Shown here: one piece after another, positions 36,646 to 44,608 of the stretch
Numbering within the stretch: the stretch's first letter is position 1
How the letters are laid out: each line of letters begins with the position of its first letter
Virus record (IMG/VR): IMGVR_UViG_3300016667_001153
Span: 1-45,459 of that record
From: a virus
Lineage: Duplodnaviria > Caudoviricetes
Reading direction: 5' to 3' (one strand)
DNA: 45,459 nucleotides
Program-made: the position numbers and the translations under genes
Notes under the pieces: generated by a model
What the model saw: only the letters and a program-made list of their open reading frames with translations
What the model was told of the DNA's origin: nothing
The model's database searches: none

Positions 36646-39011
36646 TTCTTCTTCCGCTTGTTCCTGTTCCTGGACGACTTGGTCTTGTTCGGCGCGGCGT
36701 AGTCCTCGCCGACCTTCTCGACGAACTCGGGCCCGCGATCCGACTCGATTCGGCCGAGCAGCGACTGAAGACGCTGCATCTCGGTCTGCATGCCAGCGCC
36801 GCGGTTCGAGATTTCTGAAAGCTCGGCTGTCGCACCCGTGGGTCGGCTTACCTTGTCGCCGCTCTCCGCGATTGCCGGGACATCCGCCGGGATGCCCTGC
36901 GGGATCTGCCCGCTCTTTGCAAGGTTGCGAACAGTCGAGTAGTTCTGCCGCTCCTCGGCAATCTGCTCCTGCAAAATGCGAATCTGCTTCTTGGCGTCGG
37001 CAATCTGCGCCTTGTCGATGCGCTCCGCACCCGGGTTCCTTCGGGTCTTCTCGCCGACCTCGGACACGAACTTCTTGAGGCCCGACCAGATCTCTTTGTA
37101 GACGGAAAGTCGCGTGTTCGGATCAAGCTCGTTGATCGACTCGACGCCGTTGTTCTTTGCCGCGGCGCCCAGCAACTGGTTGACAACGTCAGTGACCTGG
37201 TTGTTCACCCTCGCCGCGCCTTCCTGCGCCGGAGTCATGAATCCTTCGATCACCGCACGCTTTGCCTGCGGGCTTGCGCCGTCCTCGAGACCAAGCCGCG
37301 ACGCGCTGATGTTGCTGACAAGCGCATTGACCATGCGCTCATGGGCCGTCTTGACCGGTCGGTTTGCGCGCGCGGCAGCCGCTTCGGCACGTTCGGCTTC
37401 TTCCGCCGCAAGGATCTTCCGGCCTTCGGCAAGCCGAGCGCGTCCACGCGCAATGACTTCCGGAGAGCTTCCCTTGCTGAGGTTGCGGACGCTTTGCAGA
37501 CCACCGGCAAGTCCGGAACCGGATTCGGGCGCATCGCCGCGGTAAATGAGCCTGTCGGCCCAGCCGGGCGGGAACCGTCTCGTGTCGCTTCCGACATACT
37601 CCACGGATTCAGGAGGCGCCCCCTCGGCGGCACGGCCGGCATTCTCGATGGTTGATCCTGCCGTGATCACGCGCCGACCCGTGACAGGGTTGATGTAGTC
37701 CGGCTCCGGATCCTCAAGTCTGTTCGTCGAGGTGCGTGCCCCGCGTCCGGCGGTTTCCTCCGCAAGGACCGCGGGCGCGATCTTGCCGGTGTCCTCCATC
37801 ATCATTTGGCGACGCTGAGCCGGCGTCGGCATGAAAACTCCCTGCTCTTCGGAACTCCATGCCCCAGGCGTTCCTTCCGGAACCTCCGTGTTTGTGTTCG
37901 GGACCCTGAACATGTTGCCGGCCGCAACCGACTGCGTTCCTTCGCGCTCGAGGTTGATCTCCGCACGGCGCAGAAGCTCGTAGGATTCGGAGGTCACGTT
38001 CGGGCCACCCTGCTCGATTGCCTGCTGCAGGCCGCGCATGACCTCGTTGACCTTGGCCTCCGGGAAACGGTTTCCGAGGTATTGGCCTGCAAGATCGGCG
38101 TTTCCGGCGATGATCTTCTTGGCCTCGATGATCTGCGCAGGCTCGGCAATTCCGGTTGCGCGCGGGTCGATGGATCCATCGACAAGCCCGTTGACGAGAT
38201 GGATCCGGTCGACCATCTTCGTGAGCTTCTCGACTTCCGCCTTGCCTGCGCGTCCAGTCGAGTTCTCCGTTGCATTGCGGAGGTTCTCGATTGCCCACGA
38301 AAGCGCGCCGTCAGGACCCTTGCGCTCAATCAGCTTGACGACTGTCGCAGCCGATCCTTCGCGGTTCTTGCTTGCCGCGCCCGAGATGTTGTTCTGTCGC
38401 TGCGCGCGCGACTCGCGCGTCTCCGGCTTGACCGGCTTGCTCTCCGGACGAACGGGACGTGCCGCCTTGACGGGCGGTTCGGTGGCGGACTTCGCGGTTC
38501 CGGAAACGGTACGCGAATAGATCCGGTCGTTGTCCGGATGCAGTTCCGTCCGCAGGATGTCCATGATGTCGCGGATCAGCGCGGTCCCTTCCGAGCCCGT
38601 TCGCTGGCGACCACGCCTGGAATCCGCATAACGCTTTGCGGCGTCAATCTGTTCGGTCGTCGCCTCTCCGGAAATGAATTTCTCCATTGCCGGGATGGCA
38701 GCGTCGTCCAACTTGAACCGGCCGCCTCCCGGGATTCCGCGCGCGGCGTTCTTGTATGCGGATTCTTGCGACTCGCGAAGCACGGCCGGGCTTGCGCCCT
38801 CGGCGACATTCGCGATTGCCGGCGTGTTGATGAACTGCTGGATGAGCTGCGAGATGCCGTTGACCTGTGCTGGCACGCGCGCGCCAGAAGACCTGGCGCG
38901 TTCGACCATCTCGACCACGTTCGATGCCTTAGTCGGGTTTTCCGTCGCGAACTTCTTCACCATCCCGAGGAAGTTCGTCGGCTTCGAGCTTGTCGTTCTG
39001 ATTTCCGGCAT
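36642..39011 (-). CDS. large Ala/Arg/Glu-rich hypothetical protein (789 aa)
   Basis: Long ORF, basic C-terminus KTKSSRNRNKRKKK, coupled to the next gene. Confidence 0.75.
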   Translation of the reverse strand: MPEIRTTSSKPTNFLGMVKKFATENPTKASNVVEMVERARSSGARVPAQVNGISQLIQQFINTPAIANVAEGASPAVLRESQESAYKNAARGIPGGGRFKLDDAAIPAMEKFISGEATTEQIDAAKRYADSRRGRQRTGSEGTALIRDIMDILRTELHPDNDRIYSRTVSGTAKSATEPPVKAARPVRPESKPVKPETRESRAQRQNNISGAASKNREGSAATVVKLIERKGPDGALSWAIENLRNATENSTGRAGKAEVEKLTKMVDRIHLVNGLVDGSIDPRATGIAEPAQIIEAKKIIAGNADLAGQYLGNRFPEAKVNEVMRGLQQAIEQGGPNVTSESYELLRRAEINLEREGTQSVAAGNMFRVPNTNTEVPEGTPGAWSSEEQGVFMPTPAQRRQMMMEDTGKIAPAVLAEETAGRGARTSTNRLEDPEPDYINPVTGRRVITAGSTIENAGRAAEGAPPESVEYVGSDTRRFPPGWADRLIYRGDAPESGSGLAGGLQSVRNLSKGSSPEVIARGRARLAEGRKILAAEEAERAEAAAARANRPVKTAHERMVNALVSNISASRLGLEDGASPQAKRAVIEGFMTPAQEGAARVNNQVTDVVNQLLGAAAKNNGVESINELDPNTRLSVYKEIWSGLKKFVSEVGEKTRRNPGAERIDKAQIADAKKQIRILQEQIAEERQNYSTVRNLAKSGQIPQGIPADVPAIAESGDKVSRPTGATAELSEISNRGAGMQTEMQRLQSLLGRIESDRGPEFVEKVGEDYAAPNKTKSSRNRNKRKKK

Positions 39012-39537
39012 TGATGTCCATTCCCAATGGTGCTGGCGTTACGGCCTCAGAGTACTCAGACGCTATTGCATCTGGCAAGGCAGAAATGGCCAACTCCGCA
39101 AGACGGGTGGATACGTCCAGCAATGCACGCTGGGTCGACTTCGGCGTGACGAGGTGGGCCAGCTTCCGTGCGGCCAGGATCTCCCCCACCAGCATCCGCC
39201 AGTTCTCGCGGATTTCCTCGGGCGGCACGGACATCCGGACTCGACCCGGGAACCTGGTGTTGTTCGTCTTCTCCGTCTTGCCCATCCGGGCCTTCGGGAA
39301 ACGGAAGTCCGGGCATCCGGCGCGCGTGATCGCCTTCATGCAGATCTGGAACGTCATCGGGTCAACGAACGCCTCGTTGCTGGACATGTAGACCAGCGGG
39401 CAGCAGATGGCCTTGCACAGCGCGCGGAACGAGCGCTTCGTGAGCCCGCAGCCCTTGAGTTCCTGGATCATGTAGGACTCATGGACCAGGCGGACCCCGC
39501 CTCCGAACGAGATGTACGTCGCCTTCGGCTTTGCCAT
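38929..39537 (-). CDS. hypothetical protein (202 aa)
   Basis: Abuts the upstream stop; coding-like GC3. Confidence 0.7.
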   Translation of the reverse strand: MAKPKATYISFGGGVRLVHESYMIQELKGCGLTKRSFRALCKAICCPLVYMSSNEAFVDPMTFQICMKAITRAGCPDFRFPKARMGKTEKTNNTRFPGRVRMSVPPEEIRENWRMLVGEILAARKLAHLVTPKSTQRALLDVSTRLAELAISALPDAIASEYSEAVTPAPLGMDINAGNQNDKLEADELPRDGEEVRDGKPD

Positions 39538-40065
39538 TCAGGGAAGCCTGTTGCCGCCGTTGTAGAAGAAGCTGGACGGGACCGCGCCAGGTTCGCGCTG
39601 GTAGTACTTCGGGTATTTCGCGCGGAACGATCGACCGACATTGCCAGTGGACATCTTTGCGTCCTCTGCGTCTTCACGCGTAAGTCCGGTCCCTTCGTTC
39701 ATTCCGGTCGAGTACGGGTCTTCCTGCGCAGCCTTTTGCTGGTTCAGCGAATTGACGGTCTTGCTCAGGCTGTTCATCAGGTTGCCAAGCCAGTTGGGAT
39801 TGTTGCTTGTTTTGACGTTCCTGGCCGCGTCGCCCGGCATTGGCCCGGTGTTCTTGACCGGAGCAAGTCCATTCGCCACGCGCATCCTTGTGTTGACATT
39901 GCTTGACTGAGACGTTCGATTCATCTTGCCTCGTTGCGTGATTCCGAACGGGTTGACCCGTGGGTTAACGTTGCCAATGGTGGATGGAGGAAGCATTTCC
40001 GGATCAATGCGGCCGTATCTGAAATACTGATCGTCTTGGTATTGGTTCCATTGGTTCCGTGGCAT
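39538..40065 (-). CDS. hypothetical Asn/Pro-rich protein (175 aa), first gene of the - strand block
   Basis: RBS AAGGAG before MPRNQW. Confidence 0.7.
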   Translation of the reverse strand: MPRNQWNQYQDDQYFRYGRIDPEMLPPSTIGNVNPRVNPFGITQRGKMNRTSQSSNVNTRMRVANGLAPVKNTGPMPGDAARNVKTSNNPNWLGNLMNSLSKTVNSLNQQKAAQEDPYSTGMNEGTGLTREDAEDAKMSTGNVGRSFRAKYPKYYQREPGAVPSSFFYNGGNRLP

Positions 40066-40076
40066 CTGGCTGCTCC

Positions 40077-40105
40077 TTGATGGGCGTTGATGCCAATGGT
40101 ACAAT
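40077..40105 (+). promoter_or_regulatory. sigma70-type promoter for the helicase gene
   Basis: TTGATG (40077-82), 17-nt spacer, extended -10 TGgTACAAT (40097-105). Confidence 0.65.
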
Positions 40106-40145
40106 TCAGGTTCGGGCGACAAGCCCATTTTTCAGAGGAGACAAC

Positions 40146-41546
40146 ATGGATTGGAGACAGGACCCGCTCGAGAGCATCGAGCCGGTGAAGGTTGCAAAGC
40201 GGGTGATCCGCGAATGCTTCGGGGATGGCGGCATCTACAGGTGGCGCAACGATTGGTGGATCTGGGAGCGGAACCGGTGGACCGTGATGGACGACGAGCG
40301 TCTCAAGGACATCGTGTACGTCGCGCTCGAGGATGCCGTCTTCGAGAGACCCACCCGCCAGGGGATCGTGATCGAGCGGTACGGACCGGACCGAAGCAAG
40401 GTCGACGGCGTCGTGCGCGGGCTCGAAGCCCTGGTGAGGATCGAGGCGGAATGCGTGCCGGTGTGGCTTGGCAAGCGGAACGCCGAGTTCCCGGAGTCGG
40501 AGACCGTGGCATTCCTCGACAAGCTGGTCAACATGCGGACCATGCAGACGATGGATCGTCCGCGCGAGTGGTTCGATCCGGCGATCCTCCCGGTCGAGTG
40601 GGATTCGGAGGCGAAGTGCTCGCGCTGGGAGCGCGCTGTCTCCGAGTGGGGCGAGTCGGACCCTGCGTGGGCCGAGCTGCTTGGCAGGTGGATGGGCTAT
40701 TGCCTGCTCGGGAGCCGGCGGTATGCCAGGTGGCTGCTGATGTACGGGAAGATCCGTGGCGGCAAGGGCACGATCACGGGGGTGATGCGGAAGATGATTG
40801 GCCGTGCGGCGTTCATGAGCAGCAGCCTTGAGGACCTGAGCAACGAATTCGGCATGGACGGGCTCGAAAGGAGCAAGGTCCTTGCCGTGACAGAGGTGAA
40901 CGAGGTGGATTCCAAGGCGGGCGAGCGGGTCTGCCGGGTGCTCAAGAACATCGTCGGCCAAGACCCAATGACCATCAACGTAAAACACCAGCGGCAGCAG
41001 CGGAACGTCATCGTGAATGCCGCACCGATGCTGCAGAGCAACGAAATCCCCGTGCTTCCCAACAAAGGCAGGGGTCTGAGCGGGAAGATGCTGGTCCTGC
41101 CGTTCGAAGTGAGCTTTGAGGGCAAGGAAGACCTTGGTTTGGAGGACGATCTGGAGGCCGAGATGCAGGGAATCGCCGTCTGGGCGGTTCGGGCCGGCAA
41201 TCGGCTCCTGAATTCCGAGTCTTCTATGCGTTGGCCTGTCCCGGCCGCGTCTGCGGAGGCCGTCAGGCTCTATCATCTGCAGAACAACCCCTTTGACTCG
41301 TTCCTTGAGGCCCGTTTCATCCGCCGGAAGGACGGTTTCGTGGCCAACGAGGTCCTGAAGGGGCAGTGGGAGGATTGGATCGACGCCAACAAGATCAGGA
41401 TTCACGTCCCGAACAACATGCTGTACGTCCGAATCTGCCAGGAATCGTCCTGGGGCCTGCGCCAGGTACGGACTTCCGAGAACCAAGGCCACGAACGGGG
41501 GATCGTGGGGCTCAGTCTGAGGCGAGAGTACGCCGACGAGCACTAA
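40146..41546 (+). CDS. D5/P4-type superfamily 3 helicase, no primase domain (466 aa)
   Basis: RBS GAGGAG; D5_N-like region, Walker A YGKIRGGKGT, Walker B LAVTE, LKNIVGQDPMTINVKH, motif C LQSNEIP. Confidence 0.85.
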   Translation: MDWRQDPLESIEPVKVAKRVIRECFGDGGIYRWRNDWWIWERNRWTVMDDERLKDIVYVALEDAVFERPTRQGIVIERYGPDRSKVDGVVRGLEALVRIEAECVPVWLGKRNAEFPESETVAFLDKLVNMRTMQTMDRPREWFDPAILPVEWDSEAKCSRWERAVSEWGESDPAWAELLGRWMGYCLLGSRRYARWLLMYGKIRGGKGTITGVMRKMIGRAAFMSSSLEDLSNEFGMDGLERSKVLAVTEVNEVDSKAGERVCRVLKNIVGQDPMTINVKHQRQQRNVIVNAAPMLQSNEIPVLPNKGRGLSGKMLVLPFEVSFEGKEDLGLEDDLEAEMQGIAVWAVRAGNRLLNSESSMRWPVPAASAEAVRLYHLQNNPFDSFLEARFIRRKDGFVANEVLKGQWEDWIDANKIRIHVPNNMLYVRICQESSWGLRQVRTSENQGHERGIVGLSLRREYADEH

Positions 41547-41565
41547 GGACCTGTTTCCACTTGCG

Positions 41566-41604
41566 CCCCCATCCGCGTCGAAAGGCCGGATGGGGGTTTT
41601 CGTT
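41566..41604 (+). terminator. Rho-independent terminator after the helicase
   Basis: Stem CCCCCATCCG/CGGATGGGGG followed by TTTTCGTT. Confidence 0.7.
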
Positions 41605-41631
41605 CCCATAACGGCCGTTGATAGGGGAGAA

Positions 41632-41712
41632 TACCGGGTATACCAACCTTTCTCTTTCCTAGATATAGAAAAAAAGAAAGAGAGAAGAAGGAACGGGGCA
41701 GTATTCCCGGTA
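41632..41712. other. putative replication origin
   Basis: 12-bp inverted repeat with one mismatch (TACCGGGTATAC / GTATTCCCGGTA) flanking an AT-rich pyrimidine-then-purine tract, just downstream of the helicase. Confidence 0.45.
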
Positions 41713-41949
41713 CGCCGTTCAGGAAAGTTGTGAAAAATTGAGAGGGGTTGGGTCTTTCCGGCTTCGCTACAACCTCGGACAGGGGGCCGGTGGGGGTGAC
41801 CCGAAGCGACCTCTCTGTTCTGGCGGGTGTGCGGCTTGTTATCGCTCCCTGACGTTCTGCCCCCTGCCCTCGGTTTCCGCTCGCCCCGTCCCTCCCACTT
41901 GGCACGGCTGGTGTGCAACCGACCCCGCACTCCACGGGAACCGCCCCGC

Positions 41950-41987
41950 GAGTAGCACCGGGGGGACTTGTGTCCCCGGTGCTACTC
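41950..41987. repeat. 14-bp perfect inverted repeat
   Basis: GAGTAGCACCGGGG (41950-63) and CCCCGGTGCTACTC (41974-87). Confidence 0.9.
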
Positions 41988-42068
41988 ACTGGGGGCGCGG
42001 TTCCCCGTTTCGCGCGGCGGGGGTCGCTTCCACATCAAGCGCGTGCCCAATGGGCAGGAGTCTCAGCA

Positions 42069-42341
42069 ATGTCGACCGCTACGAACAACGTCAAGACCGA
42101 GCGCAAGTACCTCGCCACCAACCGCGTCCTCGCGACGACGGTGACGGGCGTGGAGCACAAGGTCAGCGGCAAGGGCAACGCCTACGTCACCGTCACGGTG
42201 GCCGACGCCGAGGGCACGACCGCGAAGGGCATGTACCTGTCCCTGACCGGCACCGTCCCGACGCCCGGCGACACCGTGAACGTGGTCCTGCACCTCTCCC
42301 AGTTCAACGGGAAGTGGTCCACGACCATCGTCGGCGCCTGA
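42069..42341 (+). CDS. small OB-fold-like protein (90 aa)
   Basis: RBS AGGAG; TVTGVEHKVSGKGNAYVTVTVADAEG..PGDTVNV pattern. Confidence 0.7.
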   Translation: MSTATNNVKTERKYLATNRVLATTVTGVEHKVSGKGNAYVTVTVADAEGTTAKGMYLSLTGTVPTPGDTVNVVLHLSQFNGKWSTTIVGA

Positions 42342-42350
42342 CCAACCAGC

Positions 42351-42421
42351 GCGTGAGCGCGGATCACCTCTCCCCTTCACCGGGGAGGGGGATTCCGTTC
42401 CCACTCGTCGTGAGAACAACC
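42351..42421 (+). repeat. structured intergenic element, divergent copy 0
   Basis: CGGA-TCA-[hairpin]-GAT-TCCG core followed by ACAACC. Confidence 0.55.
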
Positions 42422-42452
42422 AAACCAACGCCCACCAGGCAGAAGGACGCCA

Positions 42453-42704
42453 ATGAACGCACCGCAGAAGGTCGAGAAGGTTCGCCTCCTCAACACGCTC
42501 ATCATGCAGAGCGCATCCATCAAGGACCAGATCCAGTGGACGGCGCACCGGACGATGATCGACATGAAGAAGGCCGGCATCCTGACGGAGAGCGAAGTCA
42601 TCCGCATCAATCAGGAAATCGCCGAACTCCGTGAACGCACGGAGAGCCTCGTGGCGACCGTGAAGTGCATCAGGCACGAAACGGTGGTCCCGTACAACGA
42701 CTGA
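42453..42704 (+). CDS. hypothetical early protein (83 aa)
   Basis: RBS AGAAGGA; its stop lies inside the next repeat. Confidence 0.75.
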   Translation: MNAPQKVEKVRLLNTLIMQSASIKDQIQWTAHRTMIDMKKAGILTESEVIRINQEIAELRERTESLVATVKCIRHETVVPYND

Positions 42705-42760
42705 GTCGTCGAGTCACTCCATCCCACCGGGTGGAGGCTCTCGTCCACTCAGGACAACCG
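42701..42760 (+). repeat. structured intergenic element, copy 1
   Basis: CTGAGT..CGAG-[hairpin]-CTCG-TCC-ACTCAG-GACAACCG. Confidence 0.85.
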
Positions 42761-42796
42761 ACGCCAGCCGGACGCTGGAACAGCAGAAAGGCAACC

Positions 42797-43108
42797 ATGC
42801 TTGATCACATGAAGGCCGCGGCAATGACCGCAGCCAGCATCGTCCGCAGTCTCTTCCTCACCGTGTCGCCCAGCTCCTGGCGCTATCGCTACAACGACGC
42901 GCTCTACGAGATTCGGCACGGCGACGAGTGGCACGACTACGTGCTCGACCTCTCCTACGACGTCGAACTCGACACGGATGAAGACCGGGACAGCCAGGAT
43001 TCCAACGACGACGACTACGACCGGGAACCCCACGGCGTGCGAGACACATTCGTCCCGTACCCCTCTGAAGGACCGGACGGCGAGCGTTTCAATCCTCTCC
43101 AAGACTGA
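42797..43108 (+). CDS. hypothetical acidic early protein (103 aa)
   Basis: RBS GAAAGG; Asp-rich C-terminal half; its stop lies inside the next repeat. Confidence 0.7.
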   Translation: MLDHMKAAAMTAASIVRSLFLTVSPSSWRYRYNDALYEIRHGDEWHDYVLDLSYDVELDTDEDRDSQDSNDDDYDREPHGVRDTFVPYPSEGPDGERFNPLQD

Positions 43109-43164
43109 GTCCTCGGGTCACCTCACCTTCACGGGTGGGGGATCCCGTCCACTCAGGACAGCCG
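43105..43164 (+). repeat. structured intergenic element, copy 2
   Basis: CTGAGT..CGGG-[hairpin]-CCCG-TCC-ACTCAG-GACAGCCG. Confidence 0.85.
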
Positions 43165-43216
43165 GAGCCGGCGCGGCAACACCGCTGGCGATCCCATGGG
43201 CAGAAGGAGCCGACAC

Positions 43217-43267
43217 ATGGAAGACATCCTCGAGATCCTCGACGAGAAGCGCGACAGCCTCCGCTGA
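43217..43267 (+). CDS. 16-aa micropeptide MEDILEILDEKRDSLR
   Basis: Strong RBS AGAAGGAG 7 nt upstream; sits exactly between repeat copies 2 and 3. Confidence 0.55.
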   Translation: MEDILEILDEKRDSLR

Positions 43268-43332
43268 CGGAGTCGTCGGGCCACCCCACCAGATGCGACC
43301 TGGTGGGCAACCCCGTCCACTCCGGACAACCG
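43268..43332 (+). repeat. structured intergenic element, copy 3
   Basis: CGGAGT..CGGG-[hairpin]-CCCG-TCC-ACTCCG-GACAACCG. Confidence 0.85.
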
Positions 43333-43365
43333 CAGCCGGTCGGTACACCGGCACAGGAGAATCGA

Positions 43366-43602
43366 ATGCTCCCCACTGGGAACCGCAAGTTCGACCGCAC
43401 GCTCTTTGGCCTCTCCATCATCAGCGCATGGACGCTGCCCTGCATCTTCGTGTGGGCCTTCATGCAGCCCAACGACCTCCCCAAGCCGATGAACTACGCG
43501 GCGTTGGCGTGCGCTGCTTCCATCTTCTGCTTCGCCTACGTCATCACCTTCACGCTGGGCGGACTGCGCTACGTCATCACCGGATCCGAATTCAAGGACT
43601 GA
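43366..43602 (+). CDS. small membrane protein, two TM helices (78 aa)
   Basis: RBS AGGAG; two hydrophobic segments. Confidence 0.75.
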   Translation: MLPTGNRKFDRTLFGLSIISAWTLPCIFVWAFMQPNDLPKPMNYAALACAASIFCFAYVITFTLGGLRYVITGSEFKD

Positions 43603-43613
43603 AAGGAACAACG

Positions 43614-43826
43614 ATGATCTGCAACACCTGCAAGCAGCTCATGGAGAACGGCAGCGAAGGCTACCGCCCCCCCATGTGCCCCAACGTCGAGTACTTCATG
43701 GACTTCGCGCTCACCGACAGCCTCACCGGCAAGACGTACGAGCCCGACTCCAACCCGATCCACTGCACGCAATCCCACGTCAACCACATCGCCCTCGTGG
43801 ACATCAGCTTCGAGGGAACGGAGTGA
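43614..43826 (+). CDS. small Cys-containing protein (70 aa)
   Basis: RBS AAAGGA; MICNTC CxxC plus further Cys and His residues. Confidence 0.7.
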   Translation: MICNTCKQLMENGSEGYRPPMCPNVEYFMDFALTDSLTGKTYEPDSNPIHCTQSHVNHIALVDISFEGTE

Positions 43827-43892
43827 CCGTGCGTGCGGGGTGATGCGCGTTGCACACCCCGCACGCACACAGCACCATCAGGAAGGAAACGA

Positions 43893-44114
43893 ATGAACGA
43901 CAGCAACAACACCCAATACGCCCTCCACGCCGACCCCGGCAAGCCCCTCCGCGACGCCCAGGCCGAGATCACCAGCCTCAAGCGGCAGATCGACAGCATG
44001 CGATCCATGCACGACAAGGAGATCTCGATTCTGAACGTCCAGATGGAAGTGTTCATCACCGAGCGCAACGTCTACCGCTCGCTCGTGCTCAAGGTCATGA
44101 ACCTCAAGGACTGA
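43893..44114 (+). CDS. small coiled-coil protein (73 aa)
   Basis: RBS AGGAAGGA; heptad pattern. Confidence 0.7.
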   Translation: MNDSNNTQYALHADPGKPLRDAQAEITSLKRQIDSMRSMHDKEISILNVQMEVFITERNVYRSLVLKVMNLKD

Positions 44115-44185
44115 ATCATCTGCCGGCGGGTCGCTCGGCGCCGTCTTCGGGCGGCGCCTCGCACCCGCCCGGCCAGGAGGATCCA

Positions 44186-44377
44186 ATGGAAGACAGAGAA
44201 ACCGACGAGATCAAGAACGACATCCTTCTCCAGAACGTCATCCGCATCCACAACCTCGCGACGCTGGTGCTCAACGCCAATTCGCTTCTCATGGACAAGG
44301 ACGAGCGCATCGCCAGCGAGTACCGTCGCATCATCGACTCCTGCGTGCAGATCAGGTACCACGTCAAGAACGGCTGA
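44186..44377 (+). CDS. hypothetical protein (63 aa)
   Basis: RBS AGGAGG before MEDRETDEIK. Confidence 0.7.
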   Translation: MEDRETDEIKNDILLQNVIRIHNLATLVLNANSLLMDKDERIASEYRRIIDSCVQIRYHVKNG

Positions 44378-44608
44378 TCACACACGCCAACACCTCGACA
44401 GCCAAGCGTAATTCGGCTGGCGTCCCCTAGGGACTATGCCTCTCCTCGCGGAGAAACCCCGTTGCAAGGCAACCGTAGCAGCCAAAGACCCGTGCTGCCG
44501 TACGACCAAGGGCACTGACCACAACCGCAGCACTGCGCTGCGGCACGGCGGTCCGCAGCGCGTGCTGCGGCCGGATTCATTCACTTCAGCAATTAGGAAA
44601 CAGACGCA

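Noticed and set aside
39921-41930. 669-aa - strand ORF over the helicase
   Set aside because: Antisense shadow of the motif-bearing + strand helicase.
42701-43332. Repeats read as a CRISPR array or integron attC sites
   Set aside because: Spacing is irregular and filled with genes; no RYYYAAC/GTTRRRY ends; no cas genes or integrase in the window.
42701-43332. Repeats read as hammerhead, HDV-like or twister ribozymes
   Set aside because: No CUGANGA/GAAA core, and I could not fit the HDV or twister pseudoknot consensus by eye.
44436-44521. tRNA gene
   Set aside because: Cloverleaf-sized but lacks GTTCRA, the D-loop GG and a 7-bp acceptor stem; kept only as an ncRNA candidate.
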